64,000 bases of DNA from Vicugna vicugna (taxonomy: Eukaryota). The notes below the pieces were generated by a model that worked only from the letters and a program-made list of their open reading frames with translations, did no database searches and was not told the origin of the DNA. The position numbers and the translations under genes were made by a program. Shown piece by piece: positions 51,354 through 64,000 of this stretch; the stretch's first letter is position 1; every line of letters starts with the position of its first letter. The DNA is taken from assembly GCA_013265495.1 (NCBI GenBank), contig MU057744.1:994001-1058000 (forward strand). Reading direction: 5' to 3'.

Positions 51354-51503
51354 GGAGGGTGCGACAGCTCCATGGTAGAGCGCATGCTTATCAGGCACGA
51401 GGTCCTGGATTCAGTTCCCAGCACCTGTATTAGAAATGAAAAAGTAAATAAATAAACCTAATTACCTCGCCTCCCCCTCCCAAAAAAGAAAAGCAAATAA
51501 AAA
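51354..51503 (+). mobile_element. tRNA-Ala-derived SINE with a perfect 17-bp TSD
   Basis: TSD taaaaactcagtccaag at 51337-51353 and 51504-51520, at an L1-endonuclease-type tt/aaaa site. Confidence 0.95.
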
Positions 51504-51800
51504 TAAAAACTCAGTCCAAGTCAGACACACTCTTGGTAGCTAGAAGCAGCGTTCAGGTCACTGGTGGATCTGTTTTTACTTCCATTCATGAAAACACAAC
51601 GTCCTTTTACACACCACTCAGAATAGTACCTAATGAACATCGTCTTTCCTGTTTTCGGCAAAGTCAGCTTAGCTGTCAGCAAGTAGGGTAGCCATGCAAG
51701 TGATGTTTTGCTCCAAGGTAACACTTAAATGTTTAATTAGAAAGCTTTCTCATGGGGGGAGGTATTCACCTAACAAAGAGGCAGTTTCCAAAATGCATGT

Positions 51801-52212
51801 GTATTAGGTATTTCTTCAGAGAAACAGAATCATTCGGAGGTAATACACACATGCAAAAAGAGATTTAGTAGAAGGAACTGATTCATGCAATTGCGGAGGC
51901 TGACCTGTCCCAAGACCTTCACGCTGTAGACCCAGGAGAGCCCATGGTGTTCAGCTACAGTCCAGTGTTCCAGTGTAAGTCTGAAGGCAGGGAAAGACCA
52001 AGGTCCCAGCTTAAGGCCACCAGGCAGCATGAGTTCTGTTCTCTCAGGCCTTCAACTGATTAGATGACACCCACCCACATCAGGGAGCGTGCTCGGCTTA
52101 CTTGGTCTACGTTAATCTCGTCCCAAAACAATTTTACAGATGCACCCAGAATCGTGTTTGACCAAATGTCTGAGCCCCCTATGGTCCTAGCAAGTTGACA
52201 CATAAACCAGCA
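51801..52212 (-). mobile_element. MLT2-type (ERV-L) solo LTR
   Basis: tgtattagg...cagagaaacagaa...caggccttcaactgattagatgacacccacccacat...caagttgacacataaa. Confidence 0.85.
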
Positions 52213-52754
52213 AAGCATGTTTGACTGAACCCAGAATACTTTTAGGAAATATCAACCCTTTAGTACATTAAAAAAAAATTATCCAGGCCTCAGGGTAGAG
52301 AATCACTCAGGGAATCATCAAAGCTCCACCTGCAGGTGTCTATAATGAAGATCAGAAAAAAGAGGACTTCGCAATGTGAAACGAAAGCAGGAATATTGTT
52401 GGCTCTGCCCAAGTCCAGGAACATCCCTGAAGCTGTTTCAATAATGCTTTTGAGAGTGTGCTACTGATCAAATTGTCAGTTAGATTACAAACTAATTCTA
52501 AGGCCAACTCATGGAAATTTTTCTTCATTCTCCATAGCATAAACTAGAATGACTGGCACAAAGATGAAGAAATACCTATTCAGAATATCAAGAGAGGTTA
52601 AATGCCCAGAGTATTTAAAGTGTTAAGACCCCCTTTTTCCTGGGGGATCTAGTGTCCATTCCCAGAGCTGTCCTAACCACCCTGCTAATTCCCAGTACCT
52701 GGCTGGTTTGCAGCTCCCAACATTGTGTGATCTGAGTCAGAAAACTTGTCAGAA

Positions 52755-53288
52755 GCAACTTAAATGTCCATCGACAGATGAGTGGATAAAGAAGGTGTGG
52801 TACATATAGACAATGGAATATTACTCAGCCATAAAAAAGAATAAAGTAATGCCATTTGCAGCAACATGGATGGACCTGGAGATCGTCATTCCAAGTCAAG
52901 TAAGCCAGAAAGAGAAAGAAGAATACCATATGATATGATATCAATGTGGAATCTAAAAAAAGAAAGAAGACACAAATGAATTTATTTGCAAAACAGAAAC
53001 AGACTCACAGACATAGTAAACAACCTTATGGTTACTGTGGGGAGAGAGGGTGGAGAGGGATAAATCTGGGAGTTTGAGATTTGCAAATATTAGCTACTAT
53101 ATATAAAATAGATAAACAGCAAGTTTCTTCTGTAGAGCACTGGGAACTACATTCAGTATCTTATAGTAGCCTATAATGGAAAAGAATATGAAAAGGAATA
53201 TATGTATACATATGGATGACTCAAACATTATGTTGTACACCAGAAATTGACACATTGTAAACTGACTATGTTTCAATTAAAGAAACAA
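52755..53288 (+). mobile_element. L1 3' end, same subfamily as 5838-6492
   Basis: aaatgtccatcgacagatgagtggataaagaag...gcagcaacatggatggacctggag...ctgactatgtttcaattaaag. Confidence 0.92.
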
Positions 53289-53552
53289 AGTGTCCACTTC
53301 TGGCTACCCCAATTCTTGTTCTCTTAGGTGATTTTGCAAGGAAAGACCTGGATAAAATACGATAAATGATACGTCAAGGTGTAACCTATTCTTATTTTCT
53401 GTTGCAGTTGGAGATATTCTGGAGTATCTCTGAGGCAGCGGTACTGTGGCACTTAAATAATTCCTGTCTCTTGTTCCACATGATTCCACAGGAGCAAAAG
53501 GCATATCCAAACCAGAAAGGACGTGGGATTTCTAGAATTTTAAAAGCAATAA

Positions 53553-53790
53553 TAGCTAATGAACTTACATGGCATTTGCTACATGTTTATTTTTGTTACA
53601 CATGACAAATCATTTAGTCCTGACAGCGCAATGAAGTAAGTACTCTTCTTGTCCCCATTTTATAGATGAGGAAACTGAGGCACAGAATGATGCAGTCGCT
53701 TGCTAATAAGGTCATGCAGTGCATAGGTGGTGGACTCAGGCTTCCAACCCATGACTGGTCCCAGGGGCTCCGTGCTGAGCCCTCGGCTGT
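53553..53790 (-). mobile_element. MIR
   Basis: ccccattttatagatgaggaaactgaggcacaga core. Confidence 0.85.
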
Positions 53791-55809
53791 GCTTTCACAA
53801 CAAGTAAGGTTAGGATGGGGAGAAGCACACGCTCAGAAATGACCACCACGAGGAAGTCCCGTGATTCTTGGAATGTCTGTCATTTCACTCCTCTTGTTAT
53901 TTTCCAAAAGCCATGTGGGATTCCCTGGAGTGAGTTTGGGAAAATCCAGGAGGGGAGGAGGGTAGGGTAAGGATGGGAAGGTGAGGGGAGGGGAGGGAAG
54001 GGAAGGAGAGAGGGAGGAAGAGACAGGAGGTGGTGGAGTGTGGGTGGCTGGAGACAAGGAGGGGAGCGCCTGGCTGTTCCACTCCCCCAGGGGCTTGTGT
54101 GCGGCCATGGAGGGGCAGCAGGTTCAGAAAGGCAAAGGAAATAGGACCATCCTTTGGGACTTGGAGGAAGAAGAAGGAGGTGAACAGTGGACCCTGGTTT
54201 ACCAGAGAGGAGGCACCGGGGTTCCCAGACGCGCACCGTCAGCGCACGTTCATTCCCCACCTCCCGACCTCTCTTCACCGCGCTGCTCTCTGACAGAATC
54301 TTCACGTTAAAGGGGTGGTTCTCTCTGACTAGGGCAGCGTGTAGGGAAGGAAGACTTTTGGAGGGAAGGGGGCCTTCAACAGTTAGAGTTGCCCATGGCC
54401 AGTAACACTGGAAGTTTTAAAACAGCTGCTTGAGCTCATACAGTTGTTTTGAAGAGAGGAGTTGCTTCTAAAAAGGAAAAAAATTATATAAACTGCATTA
54501 TCGATGCATTACAAAATAGCAGTTGAAACTGAAATTTCAAAGAACAAGCCACATGTTTTTCACACATGCCTCCACCAACTAGGGATAGTAGTTTTGTAGC
54601 TGGGTGATTGCATGAGTTTTCTAAAACCAGACTAGTCCTACATTACATGTATTTAAAAGTTCAGATTACATATTTATAAGACCTAGATTTTTAGGAGAGA
54701 TAATGTCTTAAAAAAAACCTGCAAAATTGGGTTCACAGAATTCTGCACATGAAAAGTTACGTTGCAGGAAAAGCGGTTTCTTTCTTGGCATATGAAGGTG
54801 TGGTGGCCCGGGTGTGTGGGACTGTAGGTACCTTTACAGTGTTCTTTTATTTAGACATTGTGTCTATAATGAGAATGCACAGACTTTGTACTAAAAATGC
54901 GTGGTAAAAATAATTTCATTCAAAACAAACCAAGAATCACAAAAACTCCCTTACAATGAAAAGTAGCCTTTAGACTTTCAGCTTGAATAAGACAAGAAAC
55001 TTAGCCAAGGTTAACAACGTCTAAAGGCTCACTCAGGCCTCATGGGCAGAATAGGAACTGTACATCCAATTAAATGTACAATTTCCATTGAGTGTCCTTG
55101 CATGCGTGGTGCCCAGCCACATCCCCTAAGCAGGTGTGCACGTTGATGGGCAGAGAGGCCGCAGGCTCCCCATGTTCAATTAAGGAAGAAGCAGGCAGGT
55201 ACCACACAAAAATCAAGATGCAAATTGATGCGAAAAAAAAAATCAGGACCCTCAGGCCAGGCACTGAATTTTCCTTTGATGAAATAAAAACATTACATTT
55301 CAGGGGTGGCAGAGATGCATGGAGGTGGAAGAGGCCTCTCCTGCCTTTTCGAGGCTCGCCCTGAGCCCCACGGTCACATGCAGGGTGTGGATGGGGCTGG
55401 TGGTTTCCGCTAGGCTTGCTGTATTTCTTGGCAGGGTGCTCGGCGGGCAAAGCCGACAATTCCAAACTCAACCGCCAGGAATGATCTTAAATATCTGGAC
55501 ATGATAACCCCCAACTGATTGGTTAGAATACATGTCTGCTGTGGTAGAGAATTAAATTAATACCACCCAGTGCTGCAGTGCTGTTTTAGGACTGGGGAAA
55601 CGATCGTTTGACTCTGCATGCACGGTTACTGCACAATGTTGCCAGCTTGTTTACAATGCCCAACAAGAGTGACGGCGGTGTAGGGATTAGGTCCCCGCAC
55701 TGCACTGGCTTGGGAGGAAAATTAGTTGACCTGCCGAGAAAGCATTTCCTGATTATTTTAGGGAGCTGTGCAGCTTTGTATCCCAGCAGAGATGGATGAC
55801 TAGGAAACT

Positions 55810-56160
55810 TTTTTTCTTTTCTTTTCTTTCTCTTTAATTCTTATTTTTATTGAAGTGTAGTTTCAGATGTACAGCACAGCGATTCAGTTATACATATATA
55901 TACACACATTTTTTTTTCTTTTCAGAGTCTTTTCCATTATATGTTATTAGAAGAAATTGAATATAGTTCCTTGTGCTATAGAGTAGGTCCTTGTTGTTTA
56001 TCTGTTTTATATATAGGAGTTTGTATCTGGTAATACCGAACTCCTAATTTATCCCTCCCCCCTTTTTGTCTCTGGTTTCCACAGTTTGTTTTCTGTCTGT
56101 GAGTCTATTTCTGGTTTGTACATAAAATTTGTATATATATATATTTAAGATGCCATGTAT
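55810..56160 (-). mobile_element. L1 3' UTR fragment, antisense
   Basis: tattgaagtgtagtt...tgaatatagttccttgtgctata...ctcctaatttatccctcccc. Confidence 0.88.
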
Positions 56161-56708
56161 ATAGGAATCTTTAAAAAAAATCCAATTTTACAATTTTTAC
56201 CTAGACACCTTTGAATATAAATCATCCCCCAAGGGCTAAGATCTCAAACAAATGTGTTTTAACTTTAAAGGTACGCATTCCCAAAGGCAGCTGGGATGCT
56301 CGCAGGTTTGAAGTATCACCTGGGATTAATCTTCTGTCTTTTAAAGCACCGTATTGCTTCATCACAGGGTGACATTCTAGAAGGAAGAGCGTGAGTGGAT
56401 GGGTGGGGCCTGGGAAGGTGGCTGGGGAGCTCAGGTTCTACGTGGCACCCAGTTGACTGAGGAAAAGCCCTGAACACCTCACTGCACTGAAAGCACACCG
56501 AAGGACACTGCTTCCTGGACCCAGGCCCAGAACACCGCGTAAGTGCCTTCTTTAAACGTACCAGCTAGGTGCCCTGATTTGCCCAGTTTCTCAATTTCAC
56601 CTGCCCCTGCCCTGCTGGCAGGGGTTAAATCTTGGCTATCAGGCCATCTGCCCCACCGCCAGAGGGTTGCCTGATAAAAATCATTGCATTTCCCTTCTTT
56701 CTACAGCT

Positions 56709-56756
56709 TGTCACGAGGGGTGGTGTCATGAGGGGTGGTGTCATGAGGGAGGGTGG
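56709..56756. repeat. 15-bp tandem repeat tgtca(c/t)gaggggtgg x3
   Basis: Directly visible. Confidence 0.9.
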
Positions 56757-56999
56757 AAATTTACAGCAGGAAGGCATCTGGGTGTTTGGGAGTGTGTTAG
56801 CTCCTAAAGTTCGTTGACTTCAGCTTTTCCAAAATAGTTTCTAAATGAATCCAGCTTTCCATGCCTGATCTAGTGCTTGGTGGTTCATGTCCCAGCTCTT
56901 CGGGGTTCAGCCTTGAAGAATTCCCAGGGAGAACTGGGCTGACTCTCTTAACAGTTTCTCATTCATACACATAATCTTTTTCTTCTGGGTTAAGAAAAT

Positions 57000-57292
57000 C
57001 TTTTTTAGTTTTTACTGAAGTACAGTCGGTTGACACTGTTGTGTCAGTGTCTGGTGCACAGCATCCTGTTTCAGTCATACATGTGCACACACGCATTCTT
57101 TTACACACTCTTTCTCATTGTAGGTTATTACAAGATATTGAATATAGCTCCCTGTGCTGTGCAGTAGGACCTTGTTGTTTATCTATTTTATGTGTAATAG
57201 TACCTGCCAATCCTGAACTCCCAGTTTACCCCTCCCCGCCCCCTTTCCCTCCTGGTGACCATAAGTTTGTTCTCTATGTCTGTGGGTCTCTT
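57000..57292 (-). mobile_element. L1 3' UTR fragment, antisense
   Basis: ttactgaagtacagtcggtt...gatattgaatatagctccctgtgctgtgcagtaggacc...gaccataagtttgttctctatgtctgtg. Confidence 0.88.
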
Positions 57293-59263
57293 CTCCATAG
57301 TCTGGAATGTCCTGACTGCTAAGAGTAACTGCTGTGGTTGAACTGACACGCCGACCCCGAAGTGCTAGTCGCTTTGCTCTTACAACTCCACATGGCGTCC
57401 TACGCAAACAGGCTCTGTTCCTAGAAACAGGCCCACTTCTCGGTCACCTGTGGCCAGGGTCTCTGCTCCCTGGAGGTGCTGTGTTAGGGTCTAGTCTCTC
57501 GACCTTAGGGAGCAACTCTCAGGACCAAACCCGTGGCAGGCAGAGTTTTGACAGTATGCACAACTCGCATGGCTCCGATTCTGAGTGACGATTAGAGCTC
57601 TCCTTTATGTCTGTGTCCCCGGTGCCTACAAAATGGCTGTGTTAACAATGTTGGCTGGCTGGCAAATCATAGATAAGAAAGAATAAGAAGCAAGGAGAGC
57701 TGGAGCTCTCAAATTCCAGCCTCTGTGCTGAAATACCTGGGCAAATTTTTTCGTGACTAATTCTCCTAAAACTCTCACTCTCAAAGGTCCCACAGAAATT
57801 TTCCCAATAGCCAGGCCACAGTCTCACCTGGGCCACCAACAGCTTTCTATGACCATATTAATAGTTTTTTGATGAATTTGTCCTGCTAGTTAAAGGAAGG
57901 ATATTATGCAGATACTATGAGGGGCACAGGGTTCCTGACTGTGTGTGGTTGTCAAACCAGGGTGACTTCCTACCTGATCATGCAGATTTGCAAGTCTCCT
58001 TTCTGCTACTGGGAAGCCCTTGTACTACTCAGAAGTCAGTGTCTTTTTGAGATTTTCACTGTCACACACACATTCTTCATAATCTGTCTAATTTGGTTAA
58101 GTTCCAGTGAACTGGAGGCTAGAGAAACTTCTCTTGTGTAGATTTTGTGTTTACAACTAGGAAAAAAAACTAGACACACACAGAACAGGCAATCTACAGA
58201 AATTAGGCTGAGCCTAAGAGAAGCAAACTTGTGATAAAGCAGAAGTTTCAATCAATTGAAAATATGTATCTGTTTTTGATGCATTTCTGTACATGACATC
58301 ATCATGAAAACAATCTTTGAGTGATAAAGAGCTGGTGAAAATCTGGCAGTCTAGTAAAAACTGGCCACCATGGTGTGCATACGGTATGCATAAAATTATG
58401 CAAAAATAGAAATTTAGAGCTAGAAGGGAGTCGAGTTCATCAGGAGTGAGATTTTACAGACGCAGAAACTGTAACAGTTTTACCTTCAATTCAGTGGTTG
58501 TGTCCTTTATGCCCAGAATTTTTAAGTTCAATGTTGTCCTCTTTGTCTATTTTTAAATTTATTACCTGTACTTCTGGTGTCATATTTAAGAAATCATTGC
58601 CAAAACCCAATGTCATGAAGTTTTCCACGTACATGTTCTTCCAGGAGCTTTACAGTTTTAGGTTTTATGTTAAGTTCTACAATCCATATTGAGTTAGTTT
58701 TTGAATATGGTGGGAGGTGAGGGCCCAACTTCATTCTTTTGCATTTGGATTTCCAGTTTTCCTGTAGGAGGGTTAATTTCAAGGTTCTCTATTCTGTTAC
58801 TTGGTCTGTATGTCTGCCTTTATGCCAGTAGTACATTATTTTTCTTCAACACCTTTATTGTGGTATGATTCCTGTACAGAAAACTACACATATTTGAAAT
58901 GAACAATTTGAGGAGTTTTGATAGATGTATATACACCCATGAAACCACCACCACAATCAAGATAGCTAACATTTCCATCACTCCCCAAGAGGTGCGAATT
59001 TTGAATTCCCAATTTATCCCTTCCCACCCCCTTTACCCTCTGGCAACCATAAGTTTGTTCTCTGTGTCTATGAGTCTGTTTCTGTTTTGTAGGTAAGTTC
59101 ACTTGTGTCTTTTTTTTTTCAGATTACACATATAATCAATATATGGTATTTTTATTTCTCTTTCTGACTTACTTAACTTAGAATGACAATCTCCAGGTCC
59201 AACCATGTTGCTGCAAGTAGCATTATTTTATTCTTTTTTATGGCTGAGTAGTATTCCATTTAC

Positions 59264-59319
<56 letters not shown>
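59264..59319. repeat. (ATCT)14 tetranucleotide microsatellite
   Basis: Directly visible. Confidence 0.95.
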
Positions 59320-59930
59320 CACAACTTCTTCACCCAGCCATCTGTTGATGGACATTTAGTCTGTTCCCATATCTCGGCTGTTGTAAATAGTGCTGCTGTG
59401 AACATTGGGGTGTACGTGTCTTTTTGAATTATAGTTTCCTCCAGATACATGCCCAGGAGTGGGATTGCTGGATCATGTGGTAAGACTACTTTTAGTTTTT
59501 TAAGGAACCTGCATACTGTCCTCTATAGTGGCTGCACCAATTTACATTCCCACAGTGTAGGAGGGTTCTTTTTTCTCCGCACCATCTCCAGCATTTATCA
59601 TTTGTGGACTTTCAATGATGGCCATTCTGATTGGTGTGACATTATATATCATTGTGGTTTAGATTTGCATTTCTCTAACCATTAGTGATGTTGAGCATCT
59701 TTTCATGTACCTGTTGGCCATCTGGATGTCTTCTTTGGAGAAATGTCTGTTTAGGTCTTCTACCCATTTTTTGATTGGGTTGCTTTTTTTTTTTTATTAT
59801 TTTAAGCTGTATGAGGTGTTTGTATATTTTGGAAATTAGTCCCTTGTTGGTCACATTATTTGCAAATATTTTCTCTCATTCTTTAGGTTGTCTTTTCGTT
59901 TTGTTGATGGTATCCTTAGTGGTGCAAAAG

Positions 59931-60066
59931 TTTTTTTTTTTTTTTTTTTTTATGGGGGAGGTTATTAGGTTTACTTATTTACTTATTCTTCAAGGAGGTA
60001 CTGAGGATTGAACCCAGGACCTCGTGCATGCTACGCATGCACTCTACCACTGAACTATACCTTCCC
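59931..60066 (-). mobile_element. tRNA-Ala-derived SINE inserted into the L1
   Basis: Poly-T, then gggggaggttattaggttta...gattgaacccaggacctcgtgcatgc; L1 text resumes on both sides. Confidence 0.92.
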
Positions 60067-61120
60067 TAACAAAGCTTCTAAGTTTAATTAGATCCCATTT
60101 GTTTAGTTTTGCTTTTATTTCCATTACTCCAGGAGCTTGTTCAAAAAATATACTGCTGTGATTTATATCCTAGGGTGTTCTGCCTATATTTTCCTCTAGG
60201 AGTTTTATAGTTTCTGGTCTTACATTTAGGTCTTTAATCCATTTTGAGTTTATTTTTGTATATGGTATATTGTATATGAGAATGTTCTAATTTCAGTCTT
60301 TTACATGTAGCTGTCCTGTTTTCCAGCACCACTTATTGAAGAGGCTGTCTTTTCTCCATTGTATATTCTTGCCTCCTTTGTCATAGATTAATTGACCATA
60401 AACGTGTGGGTTTATTTCTGGACTTTCTATCCTGTTCCATTGATCTATGTGTCTGTTTTGTGCCAGTACCATGCTGTTTTGATTACTGTAGCTTTGTGAT
60501 ATAGTCTTCCAGTTGTACACTATTTTGCTTACTAACTTTGTAATATGTTTTTGAAATCAGGAATCATGGGACCTCCAACTCTTTTGTTCTTCTTCAAGAT
60601 TGTTTGATTAATCAGGATCCTTTGAGATTCCATGTGAATTTTTGGATTTGTTTTCTCTTTCTGCAAAAGGTGCTGTGGGATTTTGCTAGTGATTGCACTG
60701 AATCTGTAGATCACTTTGGGTAGTACTGTGAAAATACTTTAAAACACAGAAATTTGATTATATGAATCTTATGACATAAAGCCTAAGGACAGAAAAAGAT
60801 TGCAAGTAAACCTTGGTTTGGTTGTGTAATCATATTGTTATGATAATATTTATTTCTTTATCCTGAAACTATTATATATAATAGGATAAAGCAAATAGGT
60901 AATTATGTTAATTTTGTTAGAAACTAAGATTTTCACGAGAAAAGTGAGGTACAAATATAAAATTTAAAAGCTAAATGTAAACATTGTAACCCTAAATTGA
61001 ATGAAATCAGTATAAACTCAGATAGTAAACGAATTCTTTTTCCCTGGCTCTCCCCACTGAGGAAGTCTGGAAACCAACCCAGTTGCCATGAGCACCCCTT
61101 GTCAAAACTGTAGCCTTTAG

Positions 61121-61258
61121 AAAGGAAAGGTATAGCTCAGTGGTAGAGTGTGTGCTTAGCATGCATGAGGTCATGGGTTCAATCCCCAGTACCTCCATTA
61201 AATAAATTAATTAATCAATAAACCTAATTACCTCCTCCTTCCAAACACTTTCTTTTTT
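61121..61258 (+). mobile_element. tRNA-Ala-derived SINE
   Basis: ggtatagctcagtggtagagtgtgtgcttagcatgcatgaggtcatgggttcaatcccc; degenerate TSD aaactgtagccttt / aaattgtagtcttt. Confidence 0.92.
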
Positions 61259-61953
61259 AAATTGTAGTCTTTCTATACCATTTCCCACTAAAAGTTTCTA
61301 TGGAGAAACTGCTCAGTCTAAGGTTGGCAGGAAATGAAAATGATAGTTTGGTGTCATACCAGAAAGCAAGGAAACTAGCTAAGATTACTATGTTGTGTCA
61401 AAAGAAGACAGAAGCCAACTCAAAGGGGTGCCCTTTGGTTAAAGATGGGATAACTTAAGTATCAGGGGAAAAAAGAAACACATCAAATATACACACTTCT
61501 AAAAACCAACTCATTGGGTACCTTCTGTGGAGGCCAAGAAACCAACTTATTATTAAGAAAACTCCTGAGTGAAGGGGAAGAATCAAGCAGTTACCCTGCC
61601 TTTCTGGCATAAACTTCACCTTGGGTTCGCCACACAGGAAACAGTATTTCCTGATAGAAGAATTCCAGCTCATAAAGGCAGGAGGAGTGATGGAGCCAAT
61701 ACAGCAACACTCTCCAACTTCTAATGAAACAGTGGATCCAGGCAGTGAACATCAGCAGCTTGCTGCGAAAGCCACTCGCTCAAAAACTGAGGGGAACTTT
61801 GTAATGGATGGGCGGATCGGGCTAACCACATTTGTAACCACTGACCAATCTTTATATCAAACAAAGGAAAACACAGTGTTACCCAGCTGCAGTAACCTAG
61901 ACAGCGAGGTTTATTGGAGGTGTCATTATTGCTAACAGAAAAACAACCGACCT

Positions 61954-62583
61954 AGAGGAAAACATAGGCAGAACACTCTGTACATTGCAGCAGAGTATAT
62001 TTTGAGCCAGCTCCTAGAGTAATGGAAATAAAAGCAAAAATAAACAAATAGAACCTAATTAAACTTAAAAGCTTTTGCACAGCTAAGGGTACCATCAACA
62101 GAATGAAAAGACAGCCTACAGGATGGGAGAAAATATTTGCAAATGATGCAGCTAACAAGGGACTGATTTCCAAAATATACAAACAGCTCATACAGCTTAC
62201 TATAGAAAAAAACCCCCCAAAACCAAGCAATCCAATCGAAAAATGGGCAGAAAACCTAAACAGACATCTCTAAAGAAGACACCCAGATGGCCAACAGGCA
62301 CATGGAAATGCTCAGCATTGCTAATCATTAAAGAAATGCCAATCAAAACTACAATGAAGAATCACCTCACGCCAGTCAGAATGGCCATCATTCAAAAGTC
62401 CACAAATGGCAAGTACTGGAGAGGGTGTGGAGAAAAGCAACCTATGCTGAAAAAGAATATGAAAAGGAATATATGTATGTACATGGGTGACTGAAACATG
62501 ATGCTGTGCACCAGACCTTGGCACATTATAAGCTGACCAGACTTCAGTTAAAAAAAGAACACAAAAAAAGGAAAAGAAAGAAA
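61954..62583 (+). mobile_element. L1 3' portion with an internal deletion
   Basis: ORF2 text (aaacttaaaagcttttgcacagc...gtcagaatggccatcattcaaaagtc) joined directly to the terminal 3' UTR and A tail; degenerate TSD. Confidence 0.9.
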
Positions 62584-63843
62584 AGAAAAGCAACCCGGCC
62601 TGAGCAAATTTCCTCCCGTTGACCTGCAATTGGAAACACATACCACCAGTGAAGTCTTCTGGACAAAGAAATGAACCTGGGTCTTACTAACCTTCAAATC
62701 TAACAAACGAAGCCTGAGATTTGCTTCAAAATGAGCCAGTGGTGGGGAGAGAGCGGGTGAGGAGTGGACTGTGTTGGTGTGTCCCTGTTGGACCTGGACA
62801 ACAAGTGAATGGGAATTCATCACACTGTCTCTTTACTTCTCGGTATGTTTTGACATTTTCTAAATAAGTTTTTTTTTTAAAGCATTTGGACTTAATAACA
62901 TTTTCTATTTGGAAAAACCACCTGAATTTCCTACTTGTTCCAACCTGTCATAGAAATTCTTCCCTTGAAGTTTTGCTTTTGTCCCTTTATTTTATAATAA
63001 GCTGTGTAAATACAAGTTGGGAGAAGATTAGTGATGGGCAGGAAAGGTTGGTAAAGTATTAAGAGAAGGAGGCCTTTAATGGTTTTGTGAATTTCAGCAG
63101 CTTTGTAGGAACAAAGATGACAATGAACATTAACAGTTACTAGTATTACTCTTGTACTTAAAAAAAAATCCATATATGTAATTCCTTACTGTCTGACTCT
63201 CACTAGGTTCAAGCTCCAGGAAAGCTGTATTTTTTACCCACCATATCTCTAATGCCTAACATGTTGTCTGATTTTATATATATATATTTAAAGTATTCTT
63301 TTTTGTTTCTATTTTACAATCATTTCAGATATATATTCTCATGTTAAATAACACTACAGCATTCTCTAGTTAACATATGATAGTCTGCCAAGCCATTTCA
63401 AGAAAAGTATTTTAAAAGTGGGACAGCATCTCATACTTTGAGCCTCTGGGATAAATTAATTTAATTTACAGTCCTCTGAAGATCTCTCCCATCTCCAAGA
63501 TTCTTTTATTTTATGACAAAGCCTTGGTTCTAGAAGCTCGTTTCTCACACCTGAGAAGACTAGCTCTGGGACATGATCCTGTAGGACATAAGAGGTAAGC
63601 CCCATCAGTCTGAACCTGGGGGTCTGGAGGGTGAAAAAAGAGGTTGAGTCCTCGTGGGTGGTACCGGGACTGGGGCGTGGGGGAGATTAGTTCAAAGCAA
63701 GAGGATTCAAGAAGAAATGAGTCCATGTAGAGCGGGGATAATAGTCGGAAGGGGTAGTTGGCACCAACCATGAGCATTTCCCTGGGAAGCGGACGTGCCT
63801 ATAAGAAATACGAGTGCCATCATTTTGTAAAGAATTCGATCCA

Positions 63844-63968
63844 GGGAGGCGGGCACAGCTCAGTGGTAGAGCGTGTGCTTAGCATGTAAGAGGCCCTGGG
63901 CTCAATCCCCAGCACCTCCTTTAAAAAAAAATTAAAATAAGTAAGTAAATAAACCCAATTACCTCCCC
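63844..63968 (+). mobile_element. tRNA-Ala-derived SINE
   Basis: gggcacagctcagtggtagagcgtgtgcttagcatgtaagaggccctgggctcaatcccc, then aataaacccaattacctcccc. Confidence 0.92.
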
Positions 63969-64000
63969 TGTGACGGGGAGGTGGAAAGAATGCACTCCTA

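Larger units (their letters stand above)
58500..60725 (-). mobile_element. Nested L1 complex: an old L1M ORF2 piece (58500-58842 and 60509-60725) interrupted by a composite L1 insert (58843-60508) that itself carries a SINE and (ATCT)n
   Basis: Minus-strand ORFs read as L1 ORF2 ([63 protein letters not shown]). 18-bp TSD-like flanks. Confidence 0.88.

Noticed and set aside
52300..64000. Exons of the next gene (LGALS8 in human synteny, from memory)
   Set aside because: No galectin-like peptide or CpG-island promoter is visible before the window ends.

Overview
Mammalian genomic DNA, very probably a camelid (alpaca/camel), judged from 14 copies of a tRNA-Ala(AGC)-derived SINE resembling camelid vic-1. 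The window holds most of EDARADD, the death-domain adaptor of EDA/EDAR-NF-kB signalling in hair, tooth and sweat-gland development, on the + strand. Five coding exons (2419-2477, 6779-6818, 12108-12166, 32118-32163, 43654-44036) have canonical AG/GT ends and splice in frame to 195 codons; exon 1 lies upstream of the window. The rest is intron, 3' UTR and intergenic DNA rich in L1, L2, MIR, MLT and MER5/Tigger relics. Nearly all ORFs in the supplied track are spurious. I found no convincing new multi-gene system. The best leads are: an abrupt GC3 jump in the death-domain exon (73 consecutive G/C-ending codons); a possible ancient two-exon duplication in the N-terminus; a SINE copy that folds as a 73-nt tRNA-Ala plus CCA; a chimeric L1 inside one target-site duplication (TSD); a TATA/TCT/splice-donor cassette downstream of the gene; a candidate intron-5 enhancer; and a 257-bp-period duplication that looks like an assembly artefact. 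Repeat subfamily names and human comparisons are from memory, not from a search.
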